Below are positions 36,742 to 45,748 of a stretch of 64,000 bases of DNA, piece after piece. This DNA comes from Burkholderiales bacterium (lineage in GTDB: Bacteria; Pseudomonadota; Gammaproteobacteria; Burkholderiales; SG8-39). Location: positions 90,840 to 154,839 of the forward strand of contig JADLAV010000031.1 of assembly GCA_020848075.1 (NCBI GenBank), in the 5' to 3' direction. The notes under the pieces are model-generated. The model worked only from the letters and a program-made list of their open reading frames with translations. It did not search any database and was not told the origin of the DNA. The first letter of the stretch is position 1; the number at the start of each line of letters is the position of its first letter. Made by a program: the position numbers and the translations under genes.

Positions 36742-37917
36742 ATGCTGATCGGATTCTTCCTCCGCCTCAAGGCCGCGAAGCTGCCCGTCTCGATCAAGGA
36801 ATACCTGACGCTCGTCGAGGCGATGGCGAAGCACGTCATCGGCCCCTCGATCGACGAGTTCTACTATCTCGCGCGCACGACGCTGGTCAAGGACGAGTCG
36901 AACTTCGACAAGTTCGACCGCGCGTTCGGGGAATACTTCAAGGGCGTCGAAGCGCTCGTCGGCGCGGAGGCCGACATCCCGCTCGAGTGGCTGCTCAAGC
37001 AGGCGGAGCTGAACCTGTCGCCCGAAGAAAAGGCGCTCGTCGAGTCGCTCGGCGGCTGGGAGAAGCTCATGGAGACGCTCCGCAAGCGCCTCGAGGAGCA
37101 GAAGGGGCGCCACCAGGGCGGCTCGAAGTGGATCGGCACCGCGGGCAAGTCGCCCTTCGGCGCTTACGGCTACAACCCCGAGGGCGTCCGGATCGGCCAG
37201 GACCGGACCCGCAACCGCTCGGCGGTCAAGGTCTGGGATGCCCGCGAGTACCGCAACTACGATGCGGACGTCGAGCTCGGCGTGCGCAACATCAAGGTCG
37301 CGCTGCGCCGGCTGCGACGCTTCGCGCGCGAGGGCTCGCCCGAAGAGCTCGATCTTCCGGTCACCATCGACTCGACCGCCCGCAACGCCGGCTACCTCGA
37401 TCTGCACATGCGGCCCGAGCGGCACAACGCCGTGAAAGTGCTCATGTTCCTCGACGTCGGCGGCTCCATGGACGATCACATCAAGCTCGCGCAGGAGCTC
37501 TTCAGCGCCTCCAAGACCGAGTTCAAGCACCTCGAGTACTTCTACTTCCACAACTGCCTGTACGACTTCGTGTGGAAGGACAACCGCCGGCGGCACGCCG
37601 AGCGCACCCGCACCGCCGACGTCATGCACAAGTACGGGCACGACTACAAGCTCGTCTTCGTCGGTGACGCGACGATGAGCCCGTACGAGATCCTGCAGCC
37701 GGGCGGCTCCATCGAGTATCACAACGAGGAGGCCGGCGCCGTGTGGATCCGGCGGATGCTCGACGTCTATCCGAAGGCGGTCTGGCTGAACCCGGAGCCA
37801 GAGCAGCTCTGGCCCTACCGACAGTCGATCGGCATCCTGCGCGAGCTCATGGGCGGCCGGATGTACCCCACCACCATCGAGGGCCTCGAGCGGGCGATGC
37901 GCTACCTGTCGAAGTAA
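36742..37917 (+). CDS. VWA domain protein (CoxE-like MoxR partner)
   Basis: ATG 1 nt after the GNAT TGA; 391 aa. MIDAS-like MFLDVGGSMD. Confidence 0.78.
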   Translation: MLIGFFLRLKAAKLPVSIKEYLTLVEAMAKHVIGPSIDEFYYLARTTLVKDESNFDKFDRAFGEYFKGVEALVGAEADIPLEWLLKQAELNLSPEEKALVESLGGWEKLMETLRKRLEEQKGRHQGGSKWIGTAGKSPFGAYGYNPEGVRIGQDRTRNRSAVKVWDAREYRNYDADVELGVRNIKVALRRLRRFAREGSPEELDLPVTIDSTARNAGYLDLHMRPERHNAVKVLMFLDVGGSMDDHIKLAQELFSASKTEFKHLEYFYFHNCLYDFVWKDNRRRHAERTRTADVMHKYGHDYKLVFVGDATMSPYEILQPGGSIEYHNEEAGAVWIRRMLDVYPKAVWLNPEPEQLWPYRQSIGILRELMGGRMYPTTIEGLERAMRYLSK

Positions 37918-37929
37918 CGGCCTCGTCCC

Positions 37930-40900
37930 TCAACCCCGGCGCGGAAAGGCGAAGATGCTCGCCGTGCGCAGCATCGTGCGCTCGAATTCGCTCGCCGGCA
38001 CCGGCGGGAGCAGCAGGTTGCCCAGGTACTCGCCGCACCCCATGTCGCGCAGGAGGTGCAGCTCGGCCTCCCGCTCGACGCCTTCGGCGATCGTCTCGAG
38101 CTGCAGGCTGCGCGCCATGTCGATGATCGCGCGCACCACGATGCGGTCGTCCTGGCTGGTCCCCATCAGGCGGATGAACGAGCGGTCGATCTTGATCGCA
38201 TGCACGCCCAGCCGGCGCAGCTCGCTCATCGACGAGTAGCCGGTGCCGAAGTCGTCGACCACGATGCGCACGCCCAGCTCGCGCAGCTTGCCCGTGATGC
38301 TGCGGCTCTCCTCGACGTTGCGCGTCAGCGCGCGCTCGGTCACCTCGATTTCGAGGAGCTCGGGCTCCAGACCGCTCGACTGCAGCGCCTCGGTCACCCT
38401 GCCGAGGAGCGCCTGGTTGAACTGCTTGGCCGAGAAGTTCACCGCCACCGCGAACGGCGGGCCGTGCAGCGCGTTCCACGCCTTGGTCTGGTTGCACGCG
38501 GTCTGCAGCACCCACTCCCCGAATACGTGGATCATGCCGGTCTCTTCGACCACGCGCATGAACCGGGCGGGGCCGACGAGCCCGTGCTCCGGGTGGGCCC
38601 AGCGGAGCAGCGCCTCCGCGCCGGTGAGCCTGCCGGACACGATGTCGACGCGCGGCTGATAGAACACGCGCAGCTCGCCCCGCTCGAGGGCGCCGCGCAA
38701 CGCCTCTTCCAGCTTCAACCGCTCGGTCGCCCGGACGTTCATGTCCGAGGAGAAGAACTGATAGTTCTTGCGCCCGCCGGACTTCGCCGCGTACATGGCC
38801 GTGTCCGCGTGGCGCATCAGCGTCGCCGCATCTGCCCCGTCCGTCGGATAGATCGCGATGCCGACGCTCCCCGCCGTGTTCACCGTGTGCCCGTCGAGCA
38901 CGCAAGGCGCGGCGAGCGCGTTCAGGATCTTCTGCGCCACCTGCCCGGCGTCGTCGGGCGACTTGAGGCCCTCCAGCACGATCACGAACTCGTCGCCGCC
39001 GAGCCGCGAGAGCGTGTCGCCCTTGCGCACGACGCCGCCCAGGCGCCGGGCGACCTCCTTCAGCAGCAGGTCGCCGACCTGGTGACCGAACGTATCGTTG
39101 ATGTTCTTGAAATGATCGAGGTCGATGAACAGCACCGCGAGCAGTTCTCCCTCGCGCTGTGCGCTCAGCAATCCCTGCGCGAGGCGGTCTCCCAGGAGCA
39201 GCCGGTTCGGCAACCCGGTCAGCGGGTCCCGCGTGGCGAGCTCCTCGATCCGGTGCTCGGCGCGCTTGCGTTCGGTGATGTCGAGCGCAGTGCCGCGGTA
39301 GCCCCGCGCCCGCCCGGTCTCATCCAGAATCGGGACGCCGCTCACGAGTTGCCACACCAGGCTGCCCGAGCGGGCGAACACGCCGAACTCGATGTTCCGG
39401 AACGGCTGGCTCTGGGCCGCGAGCTCGGCAACCAGGCCGCCGACGCGCTCCGCCTCGCCGGGCGGCATCAGATCGGTCGCCTTGCGCCCGTAGAGCTCCT
39501 CCGGCGGGTAGCCGAGCACCTGCTCGGCCCGGCGCGAGAGATAGCTGAAGCGACCCTTGACGTCGGTCTCCCAGACGTACTCCCCGGCGGCCTCGGCGAA
39601 ATCGCGAAAGCGGCGCTCGCTCATCTTGAGCTGCCGCTCGGCGCGCTTGAGCGCCGTGATGTCCATGGCGGAGGTGAGCAGGCGCCGCTCGCCGGCGAGA
39701 TCGATCGCGTCGGAGGAAACGAGCACGTCGGCGATCTCGCCCGATCGCTTGCGCATGCGGTACTCGAGGTTGTGTGCCGTGCCGCCCGCAGCGAGCCGCG
39801 CCGTGAAATCCGCGCGATCTTCCGGCGTGAGCCAGATGCCGATCTCGACCGGAGTCCGGCCCAGGACCTCCTCCCGCGCATAGCCGAAGAAACCGACCCA
39901 GGCCTGGTTCACCTCGATGTAGCGGCCGTCCGCGGGCTCGCTGATCACCACGGGCACCGGGCTCGCGTGGAAGATCTTAGAGAACCGCTGCTCCGATTCG
40001 GTGAGCAGCCGCTCGGCGCGCTTGCGCTCGGTGACGTCCATGCCAGTCGAGAGCACCACCGTCTCGCCGCCGAACTCGACGCGCTGGCCGAAGAAGAGGA
40101 CATCGACCGACTCCCCGTTCGCCTTGCGCCAGGTGCACTCGAAATCGCGGACCAGGCCTGTCGCCTGCATCGCGTCGTCCACGCGCTTCCGCGAATCCGG
40201 ATCGCTCCACAGCCCGATCTCGGCGAAGCTCCGTCCGCGAACGTCCTCTCGCGCGAAGCCGAAGGTGCGCACCCACGCGTCGTTCACCGCCAGGATGCGC
40301 CCCTCCTCCCAGGTGGAGATCGCGAGCGGCTGCGGGCTCCCCCGGAACATCGCCTCGAGCCGCCTGCGCGATTCGCGCAGCTCGCGCTCCGTGCGATTGC
40401 GCTCGCTCACGTCGATCAGCGATCCGACGACGCACTTCACGCCGCGGAGCTCGACCACGGCGCCCGAGTAGAGCACGTCTGCCGCGCCGCCGCCGGGCCG
40501 CCGGACCCGGAGTTGCACGTCCCGCACCGCGCCGTCCGACTCGAGACCGCGCCGGATCGTCTCGCGCGCTTCCGGGTTCTCGAGGAGGTCGAGCTCCGCC
40601 ACGGTGCGGCCGAGCGCCTGGTCGCGCGACAGGCCGGAGAGCTCGCACCACGCCGCGTTCACCTCGATCAGCACGAGGCCGGACAGCCGGCTGAGCACCA
40701 TCGCCTGCGGGCTCGAATGGAAGAGATGCGCGAAGAGCTGCTCGGAGTCGCGCAGCGCCTGCTCGGCGCGCTGCTCTGCGGTCACGTCCCGGCCCACGCC
40801 GCGGTAGCCGCGGAATTCGCCCGCGTGGTCGAGCACGGGTTCCCCGCTCACCAGGACGTGCCGGGCGCTGCCATCGAGCAGGACGCGCTTCAGCTGCAGA

Positions 40901-42078
40901 TCGCGAAACGGACGGCGCGCCGCGAGGTCGGCCTGATGCGCCTCCCACCCGCCGCTCACGGGCGCGAGCCCCTGCACTTCCCAGGGTCGCCTGCCGACCG
41001 CCGGGTCGGGCATGACGCCCGAGGGCTGCTCGACTTTCTCGGTCATGGACGTGAAGCGGAGATGCTCGTCCATCTCCCAGTACCAGTCGGCCGCGAGCCG
41101 GGTCAGGCTGCGGAATCGCGCCTCGCTCTCCTCGATTCGCAACCGATCGTCCCGGGCCGCCGCCCCGAGCGCGCACAACGTGAGCGTCAGCACGCCGAGC
41201 GCAGCGAGCACCGCGTAGAGCGCCGCGGCGGCGTACGGGTCCGGTCCGAAAGCCATGGACGGTCCGCCGAGCATTGCCGCCCCCAGCATGCAGGTCGCCG
41301 CGACCGCGAGATTGAAAGTCGCCACCTCGCGGAGCTCGAAGCGGATCGCCGGCAGCACGGCGATCGGCGCGAGCGCGAAGGCGACGACGGGGAACCCGAC
41401 GTGGAAGCCGAACGCGCTCGCGAGCACGCGCGGCCCGTACAGCAGGACGAGTGCGATCAGCGCCCCGTATGCGAGGGCGCCCGCGGCAGCGCGATCCGGG
41501 CGTGGCCGTGCTACCCAGCCGAACACCGCGGGTGCGGCGATCAGCATCCCGAACGCATCTTCGCCCCACCACGCGAGCCAGACGCCGAGCGCCGCGCCGG
41601 CTTCCCCTGCGCCGGCGAGAAGCAGGCTCGCGGTCCCGGCGGTGGCACCGATGCTGGACGCGCCGATGGCCGCGACGAAGACGAGCAGGGACACGTCACG
41701 CGCGCGTCGTAGCGCGCACGTGAATCCCTCGATGCTCGCGAGCAGCTTGGCGCCCACGAGCGCCTCGATCGTCGCGCCCGCACCGAGCGCGGCGGCCACG
41801 CCGAGGGGCTGCCCCGACCAAACGGCCGCGGCCAGCGCACCGACGAACACGCCGAGGGCGAGGCGTGCCCCGAACAGTACCAGCGCCGCGAGCGACAGAC
41901 CGGATGCGAGCCAGATCGCCGGTACCGCGTCGTGCAGCCCGGGGAAGGCCGCGCCGATGCGCGCCGCGAGCACGTAGGCAAGCGCGAGGGCCGCCGTCGC
42001 CAGGCCCTGCGTGCCGAGTTGCCGCAGACGCGGCATCGCCCCTCCGGGCTGCCTAGCGGCGGGCCGGGGCGAAGTCAT
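37930..42078 (-). CDS. Membrane sensor MASE1-like N-terminus, multiple PAS domains, GGDEF and EAL
   Basis: 1382 aa. About 300 aa of polytopic N-terminus and repeated PAS-like segments. I-site RKGD-x5-GGDEF is intact. EAL motifs EALLR, DDFGTGYSS. Confidence 0.88.
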   Translation of the reverse strand: MTSPRPAARQPGGAMPRLRQLGTQGLATAALALAYVLAARIGAAFPGLHDAVPAIWLASGLSLAALVLFGARLALGVFVGALAAAVWSGQPLGVAAALGAGATIEALVGAKLLASIEGFTCALRRARDVSLLVFVAAIGASSIGATAGTASLLLAGAGEAGAALGVWLAWWGEDAFGMLIAAPAVFGWVARPRPDRAAAGALAYGALIALVLLYGPRVLASAFGFHVGFPVVAFALAPIAVLPAIRFELREVATFNLAVAATCMLGAAMLGGPSMAFGPDPYAAAALYAVLAALGVLTLTLCALGAAARDDRLRIEESEARFRSLTRLAADWYWEMDEHLRFTSMTEKVEQPSGVMPDPAVGRRPWEVQGLAPVSGGWEAHQADLAARRPFRDLQLKRVLLDGSARHVLVSGEPVLDHAGEFRGYRGVGRDVTAEQRAEQALRDSEQLFAHLFHSSPQAMVLSRLSGLVLIEVNAAWCELSGLSRDQALGRTVAELDLLENPEARETIRRGLESDGAVRDVQLRVRRPGGGAADVLYSGAVVELRGVKCVVGSLIDVSERNRTERELRESRRRLEAMFRGSPQPLAISTWEEGRILAVNDAWVRTFGFAREDVRGRSFAEIGLWSDPDSRKRVDDAMQATGLVRDFECTWRKANGESVDVLFFGQRVEFGGETVVLSTGMDVTERKRAERLLTESEQRFSKIFHASPVPVVISEPADGRYIEVNQAWVGFFGYAREEVLGRTPVEIGIWLTPEDRADFTARLAAGGTAHNLEYRMRKRSGEIADVLVSSDAIDLAGERRLLTSAMDITALKRAERQLKMSERRFRDFAEAAGEYVWETDVKGRFSYLSRRAEQVLGYPPEELYGRKATDLMPPGEAERVGGLVAELAAQSQPFRNIEFGVFARSGSLVWQLVSGVPILDETGRARGYRGTALDITERKRAEHRIEELATRDPLTGLPNRLLLGDRLAQGLLSAQREGELLAVLFIDLDHFKNINDTFGHQVGDLLLKEVARRLGGVVRKGDTLSRLGGDEFVIVLEGLKSPDDAGQVAQKILNALAAPCVLDGHTVNTAGSVGIAIYPTDGADAATLMRHADTAMYAAKSGGRKNYQFFSSDMNVRATERLKLEEALRGALERGELRVFYQPRVDIVSGRLTGAEALLRWAHPEHGLVGPARFMRVVEETGMIHVFGEWVLQTACNQTKAWNALHGPPFAVAVNFSAKQFNQALLGRVTEALQSSGLEPELLEIEVTERALTRNVEESRSITGKLRELGVRIVVDDFGTGYSSMSELRRLGVHAIKIDRSFIRLMGTSQDDRIVVRAIIDMARSLQLETIAEGVEREAELHLLRDMGCGEYLGNLLLPPVPASEFERTMLRTASIFAFPRRG

Positions 42079-42130
42079 GACCTGAGCACCGGGAGCAGCG
42101 CACGCTGAATGCCCTCTGGTGCGCTTTCGC

Positions 42131-43930
42131 TCAATGGTCGGGCTGGTGCGGCGGGGCGGCTTGGAGCACTTCCTCGAAGGTCGTGAGCCCGGCGGCGACC
42201 TTCATCGCGCCACTGATGCGCAGACTCTTCATGCCCTCCTTGTAGGCCTGCTCGCGGATCTGCCCGAGGTCGGCCTGACCGCTGATCAGCTTCTTGATGG
42301 CGGGCGACAGGAGCATGACCTCGTAGATGCCACTGCGGCCGCGAAACCCGGTCATCCGGCAATCGAGGCAGCCGACCGCCCGGTAGATATGGTGCGGACG
42401 GCGCGCCTTCCACGGCGCGACCAGCTCCTCCCACGACACGTCGGCCGCGCGCTCCGCCCCGTACGGGACCTTCTGCTTGCAATGCGGGCACAGCGTGCGG
42501 ACCAGCCGCTGCGCCATGACGCCGAGGATCGTCGCGTTCAACAGGTAGGCCGGAACGCCGAGATCGAGCAGCCGCGTCACCGCCGAGGACGCGTCGTTGG
42601 TGTGCAGCGTCGAGAGCACCAGGTGGCCGGTGAGCGCCGCCTGGATCGCCATCTCCGCGGTCTCCAGGTCGCGGATTTCGCCGACCATGATGATGTCCGG
42701 ATCCTGCCGCATCAGCGCGCGGACGCCCTCGGCGAAGGAGAGATCGATCGCGGTCTGCACCTGCATCTGGTTGAACGCCGGCTCGATCATCTCGATCGGG
42801 TCCTCGATCGTGCAGACGTTCACCTCGGGCGTCGCGAGCGACTTCAGCGTCGAGTAGAGCGTCGTCGTCTTGCCCGAGCCGGTCGGCCCGGTCACGAGGA
42901 TGATCCCGTTCGGCTTCGCGGTCATGTCGTTCCAGCGCGCCTGGTCCTCCTCCGAGAACCCGAGCTCGCTGAAGTCCTTGACCAGCACCTCCGGATCGAA
43001 GATGCGCATCACCAGCTTCTCGCCGAACGCGGTCGGCAGGGTGGACAACCGCAGCTCCACCTCCTGCCCGTCCACGGTGCGGGTCTTGATGCGCCCGTCC
43101 TGCGGCCGGCGCTTGTCGACGACATCCATGCGGCCGAGGATCTTGATCCGGCTCGTCATCGCGGCGACGACCGGCATCGGCAGGGTGTAGACGTTGTGCA
43201 GGACGCCGTCGATCCGGAACCGCACGTTGCCGAGCTCGCGCCGCGGCTCGATGTGGATGTCGCTCGCGCGCTGGTCGAACGCGTACTGCCACAGCCAGTC
43301 GACGATGTGGACGATGTGCTGGTCGTTCGCGTCGAGCTGGCGGTTCGACTTGCCGAGCTCGACCAGCTGCTCGAAGTTGGAGAGCTCGGAGCGGCTCTCC
43401 CCGGTCTTCGCGGCGCGCTTGACCGACTTCGCGAGGTTGTAGAACTCGACGATGTAGCGGTTGATGTCGAGCGGATTCGCGAAGACCCGCTTGATCTCGA
43501 GCTTGAGGATGCGCGCGAGCTCCTGCTGCCACTCCTTGAGGTGCGGCTCGGCCGTCGCGATCACGGCCTCCTTGCTGTTTAAGTCGACCGGCAGGATCTT
43601 GAAGCGCTCGGCATAGGCGCTCGACATGATGTCGGTCACCGCCGCGAAGTTGATCTTGAGCGGGTCGACGTGGAAATAGGGCAGACCGACCTTGCCCGCG
43701 TACCACTCGGTGAGGAACTCGAGCGTGAGCGGCCGGTTGGGCGGCAGGGCCGACTTCCACTTCTGGTCGGCGAGGACGACGAGCGGGTGGACGCCGCCGC
43801 GGTGCATGCGCCGCTCGCCGGCCAGCCGCTCGCATTCCTCGCGCGGAACGTGCCCGTCGGCGACGAGATCGTTCACGACCTCGGCGAGGGTGAGGCGGCG
43901 TTCCTGCTGGGCGACGGCGACGACGGCCAT
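42131..43930 (-). CDS. GspE/PilB-family secretion ATPase (orphan)
   Basis: Met 113 of ORF 42131..44266 (599 aa). T2SSE_N-like region, Walker A GPTGSGKTT, Walker B DPDIIMVGEIRD, tetracysteine CPHC...CLDC. Confidence 0.85.
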   Translation of the reverse strand: MAVVAVAQQERRLTLAEVVNDLVADGHVPREECERLAGERRMHRGGVHPLVVLADQKWKSALPPNRPLTLEFLTEWYAGKVGLPYFHVDPLKINFAAVTDIMSSAYAERFKILPVDLNSKEAVIATAEPHLKEWQQELARILKLEIKRVFANPLDINRYIVEFYNLAKSVKRAAKTGESRSELSNFEQLVELGKSNRQLDANDQHIVHIVDWLWQYAFDQRASDIHIEPRRELGNVRFRIDGVLHNVYTLPMPVVAAMTSRIKILGRMDVVDKRRPQDGRIKTRTVDGQEVELRLSTLPTAFGEKLVMRIFDPEVLVKDFSELGFSEEDQARWNDMTAKPNGIILVTGPTGSGKTTTLYSTLKSLATPEVNVCTIEDPIEMIEPAFNQMQVQTAIDLSFAEGVRALMRQDPDIIMVGEIRDLETAEMAIQAALTGHLVLSTLHTNDASSAVTRLLDLGVPAYLLNATILGVMAQRLVRTLCPHCKQKVPYGAERAADVSWEELVAPWKARRPHHIYRAVGCLDCRMTGFRGRSGIYEVMLLSPAIKKLISGQADLGQIREQAYKEGMKSLRISGAMKVAAGLTTFEEVLQAAPPHQPDH

Positions 43931-44108
43931 GGTGCGGGAGGCAAGCGTGAACGAACGGCCGACTATAGCCGCAAAGCCCTTGTCTCTCAACGGCTTTCCG
44001 GCCGCGCTGCGTGACGGTTTTTGACTTTGCGGTGAACTTCCGCCATCCTCGCCGGCAGCGTCAAGCCGCCATCCACCCGCTTTGTCGATCGCACCGAGAG
44101 AGGACCCC

Positions 44109-44612
44109 ATGACCATCCAAGTCGGCAATCGCCTCCCCGACGGCGAACTCGAGGAGCACAACGAGACCGACCAGCCGGGCTGCCCGATCGGCCCCACCAA
44201 GCACTCGGTCGCGGCGCTCGCGAAAGGGAAGAAGATCGTGATCATCGGGCTGCCCGGCGCGTTCACGCCGACGTGCTCGGCGAAGCACGTGCCGAGCTAC
44301 GTCCAGAACTTCGACGCCCTGCGCGCAAAGGGCGTCGACGAGGTCTGGTGCATCTCGGTGAACGACGTGTGGGTCATGGGCGCCTGGGGGCGCGATCAGA
44401 AGGCAGTCGGCAAGGTGCGCATGCTGGCCGACGGTCAGGCCGATTACACGAAGAAGCTCGGTCTCGAGCTCGACCTGACCGGTCGCGGCTGGGGCATCCG
44501 GGCGAAGCGTTACTCGATGCTGGTCGAGGACGGCGTCGTGAGGCGGATCAACGTCGAGGCGCCCGGCAAGTACGAGGTGTCCGGCGCCGAGGCGATGCTC
44601 GCCCAGCTCTGA
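44109..44612 (+). CDS. Prx5-type (atypical 2-Cys) peroxiredoxin
   Basis: Met 10 of ORF 44082..44612 after gagagagga (167 aa). Active site LPGAFTPTCS. Confidence 0.85.
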   Translation: MTIQVGNRLPDGELEEHNETDQPGCPIGPTKHSVAALAKGKKIVIIGLPGAFTPTCSAKHVPSYVQNFDALRAKGVDEVWCISVNDVWVMGAWGRDQKAVGKVRMLADGQADYTKKLGLELDLTGRGWGIRAKRYSMLVEDGVVRRINVEAPGKYEVSGAEAMLAQL

Positions 44613-44705
44613 CGCGCCGGAGCGCGCCCGCGGACATCGCGCGGTCTGCCGGCGTGTGACCGGCGACACCCCGACGGCACGGGAGGGCGCTCGCCCGGCC
44701 CCGCT

Positions 44706-44770
44706 TCTCGCCGATAATTCTCGCCGATAATTCTCGCCGATAATTCTCGCCGATAATTCTCGCCGATAAT
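44706..44770 (+). repeat. Five perfect tandem copies of the 13-bp unit TCTCGCCGATAAT
   Basis: Read directly. Units are at 44706, 44719, 44732, 44745 and 44758. The array ends 36 nt before the ATG at 44807. Confidence 0.97.
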
Positions 44771-44806
44771 CGGGCCGGACTCCGCCATCCGTGGCCGCCC
44801 ACCGGC

Positions 44807-45748
44807 ATGAAGATCCTGATCGTCGACGACTCGCGCACCATCCGCGCCGCCCTGGAGGCAATGGTCACCCGTCTCGGCCATGCGACGATGACGGCGAAGA
44901 GCGGCGGCGAGGCGCTCCAGCGTTTCGTGCACGAGCGTCCCGACCTCGTGCTGCTCGACGTGACGATGCCCGACCTCGACGGCTACGCCGTCGCCCGCAA
45001 GCTGCGCGACCTCTCCGGGAGCGACTGGCTGCCGATCATCTTCCTCTCGGCGAGCGACGAGGACCAGGACCTCGACCGCGCGATCAGCGCCGGCGGCGAC
45101 GACTACCTCGTCAAGCCGGTGAGCCAGGTCGTCCTCGGGGCGAAGATCCGCGCGATGCAGCGCATCGACGCGATGCACCGCAATCTGGCGCGCCTCTCGG
45201 CCGACCTCGAGACCGCGAACCGGGAGCTCGCACGTATCTCGCGGGAAGACGGCCTCACGAAGCTCGCGAATCGCAGGCGGTTCGACGAGCACCTGCGCGT
45301 CGAGCTCCAGCGCGCGACGCGCACGGGCCAGCCGCTGTCGCTCGCGCTGTGCGACGTCGACCACTTCAAGGGCTACAACGATCGGTACGGCCACGCGCAG
45401 GGCGACGAATGCCTGAAGCAGGTGGCGCAGGTGCTGCGGCGCGAGTGCCGCCGGCCCACCGACCTCGCCGCGCGCTACGGGGGTGAGGAGTTCGCGCTCG
45501 TCCTGCCCGACACGCCGCTCTGGGGCGCGGCCGAGGTCGCCGAGCGCGTGCGCCGCGCCCTGGAGGCACAGGCGATCCCGCACGCCGCCTCGAAGGCGGC
45601 CGACATCGTCACGCTGAGCGTGGGTGTGGCGTGCGCCGAGCCTCGCGCCCAGACGGCGGCGGAGCGCCTGATCGAGTGGGCGGACAGGGCGCTCTACCGG
45701 GCGAAGGAGATCGGCCGCAACCGGGTGGTCGCGGCCTCGAGCGGTTAG
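44807..45748 (+). CDS. Response-regulator diguanylate cyclase (REC-GGDEF, PleD/WspR-like)
   Basis: 313 aa. Phospho-acceptor context [13 protein letters not shown]; I-site RPTD-x5-GGEEF. Confidence 0.9.
   Translation: MKILIVDDSRTIRAALEAMVTRLGHATMTAKSGGEALQRFVHERPDLVLLDVTMPDLDGYAVARKLRDLSGSDWLPIIFLSASDEDQDLDRAISAGGDDYLVKPVSQVVLGAKIRAMQRIDAMHRNLARLSADLETANRELARISREDGLTKLANRRRFDEHLRVELQRATRTGQPLSLALCDVDHFKGYNDRYGHAQGDECLKQVAQVLRRECRRPTDLAARYGGEEFALVLPDTPLWGAAEVAERVRRALEAQAIPHAASKAADIVTLSVGVACAEPRAQTAAERLIEWADRALYRAKEIGRNRVVAASSG

Noticed and set aside
38056-41712. 1218-aa plus-strand ORF antisense to the PAS-GGDEF-EAL sensor gene (with similar cases at 22106..24424, 22174..24339 and 45631..47895)
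   Set aside because: It is antisense to a gene with intact GGDEF, EAL and PAS motifs. Its composition is low-complexity and it shows no recognisable domain.
43822-43897. MshEN-type c-di-GMP binding motif at the N-terminus of the GspE-like ATPase
   Set aside because: RLTLAEVVNDLVADGHVPREECERL matches the published RLGxx(L/V/I)(L/V/I)xxG(L/V/I)(L/V/I)xxxxLxxxLxxQ pattern only after indels. It also lacks the conserved Gly residues. I kept it as a hypothesis inside a finding and did not annotate it.
44706-44770. Possible CRISPR array
   Set aside because: The 13-bp units are directly tandem with no spacers. No cas genes are present, and there are no longer repeats elsewhere in the window.
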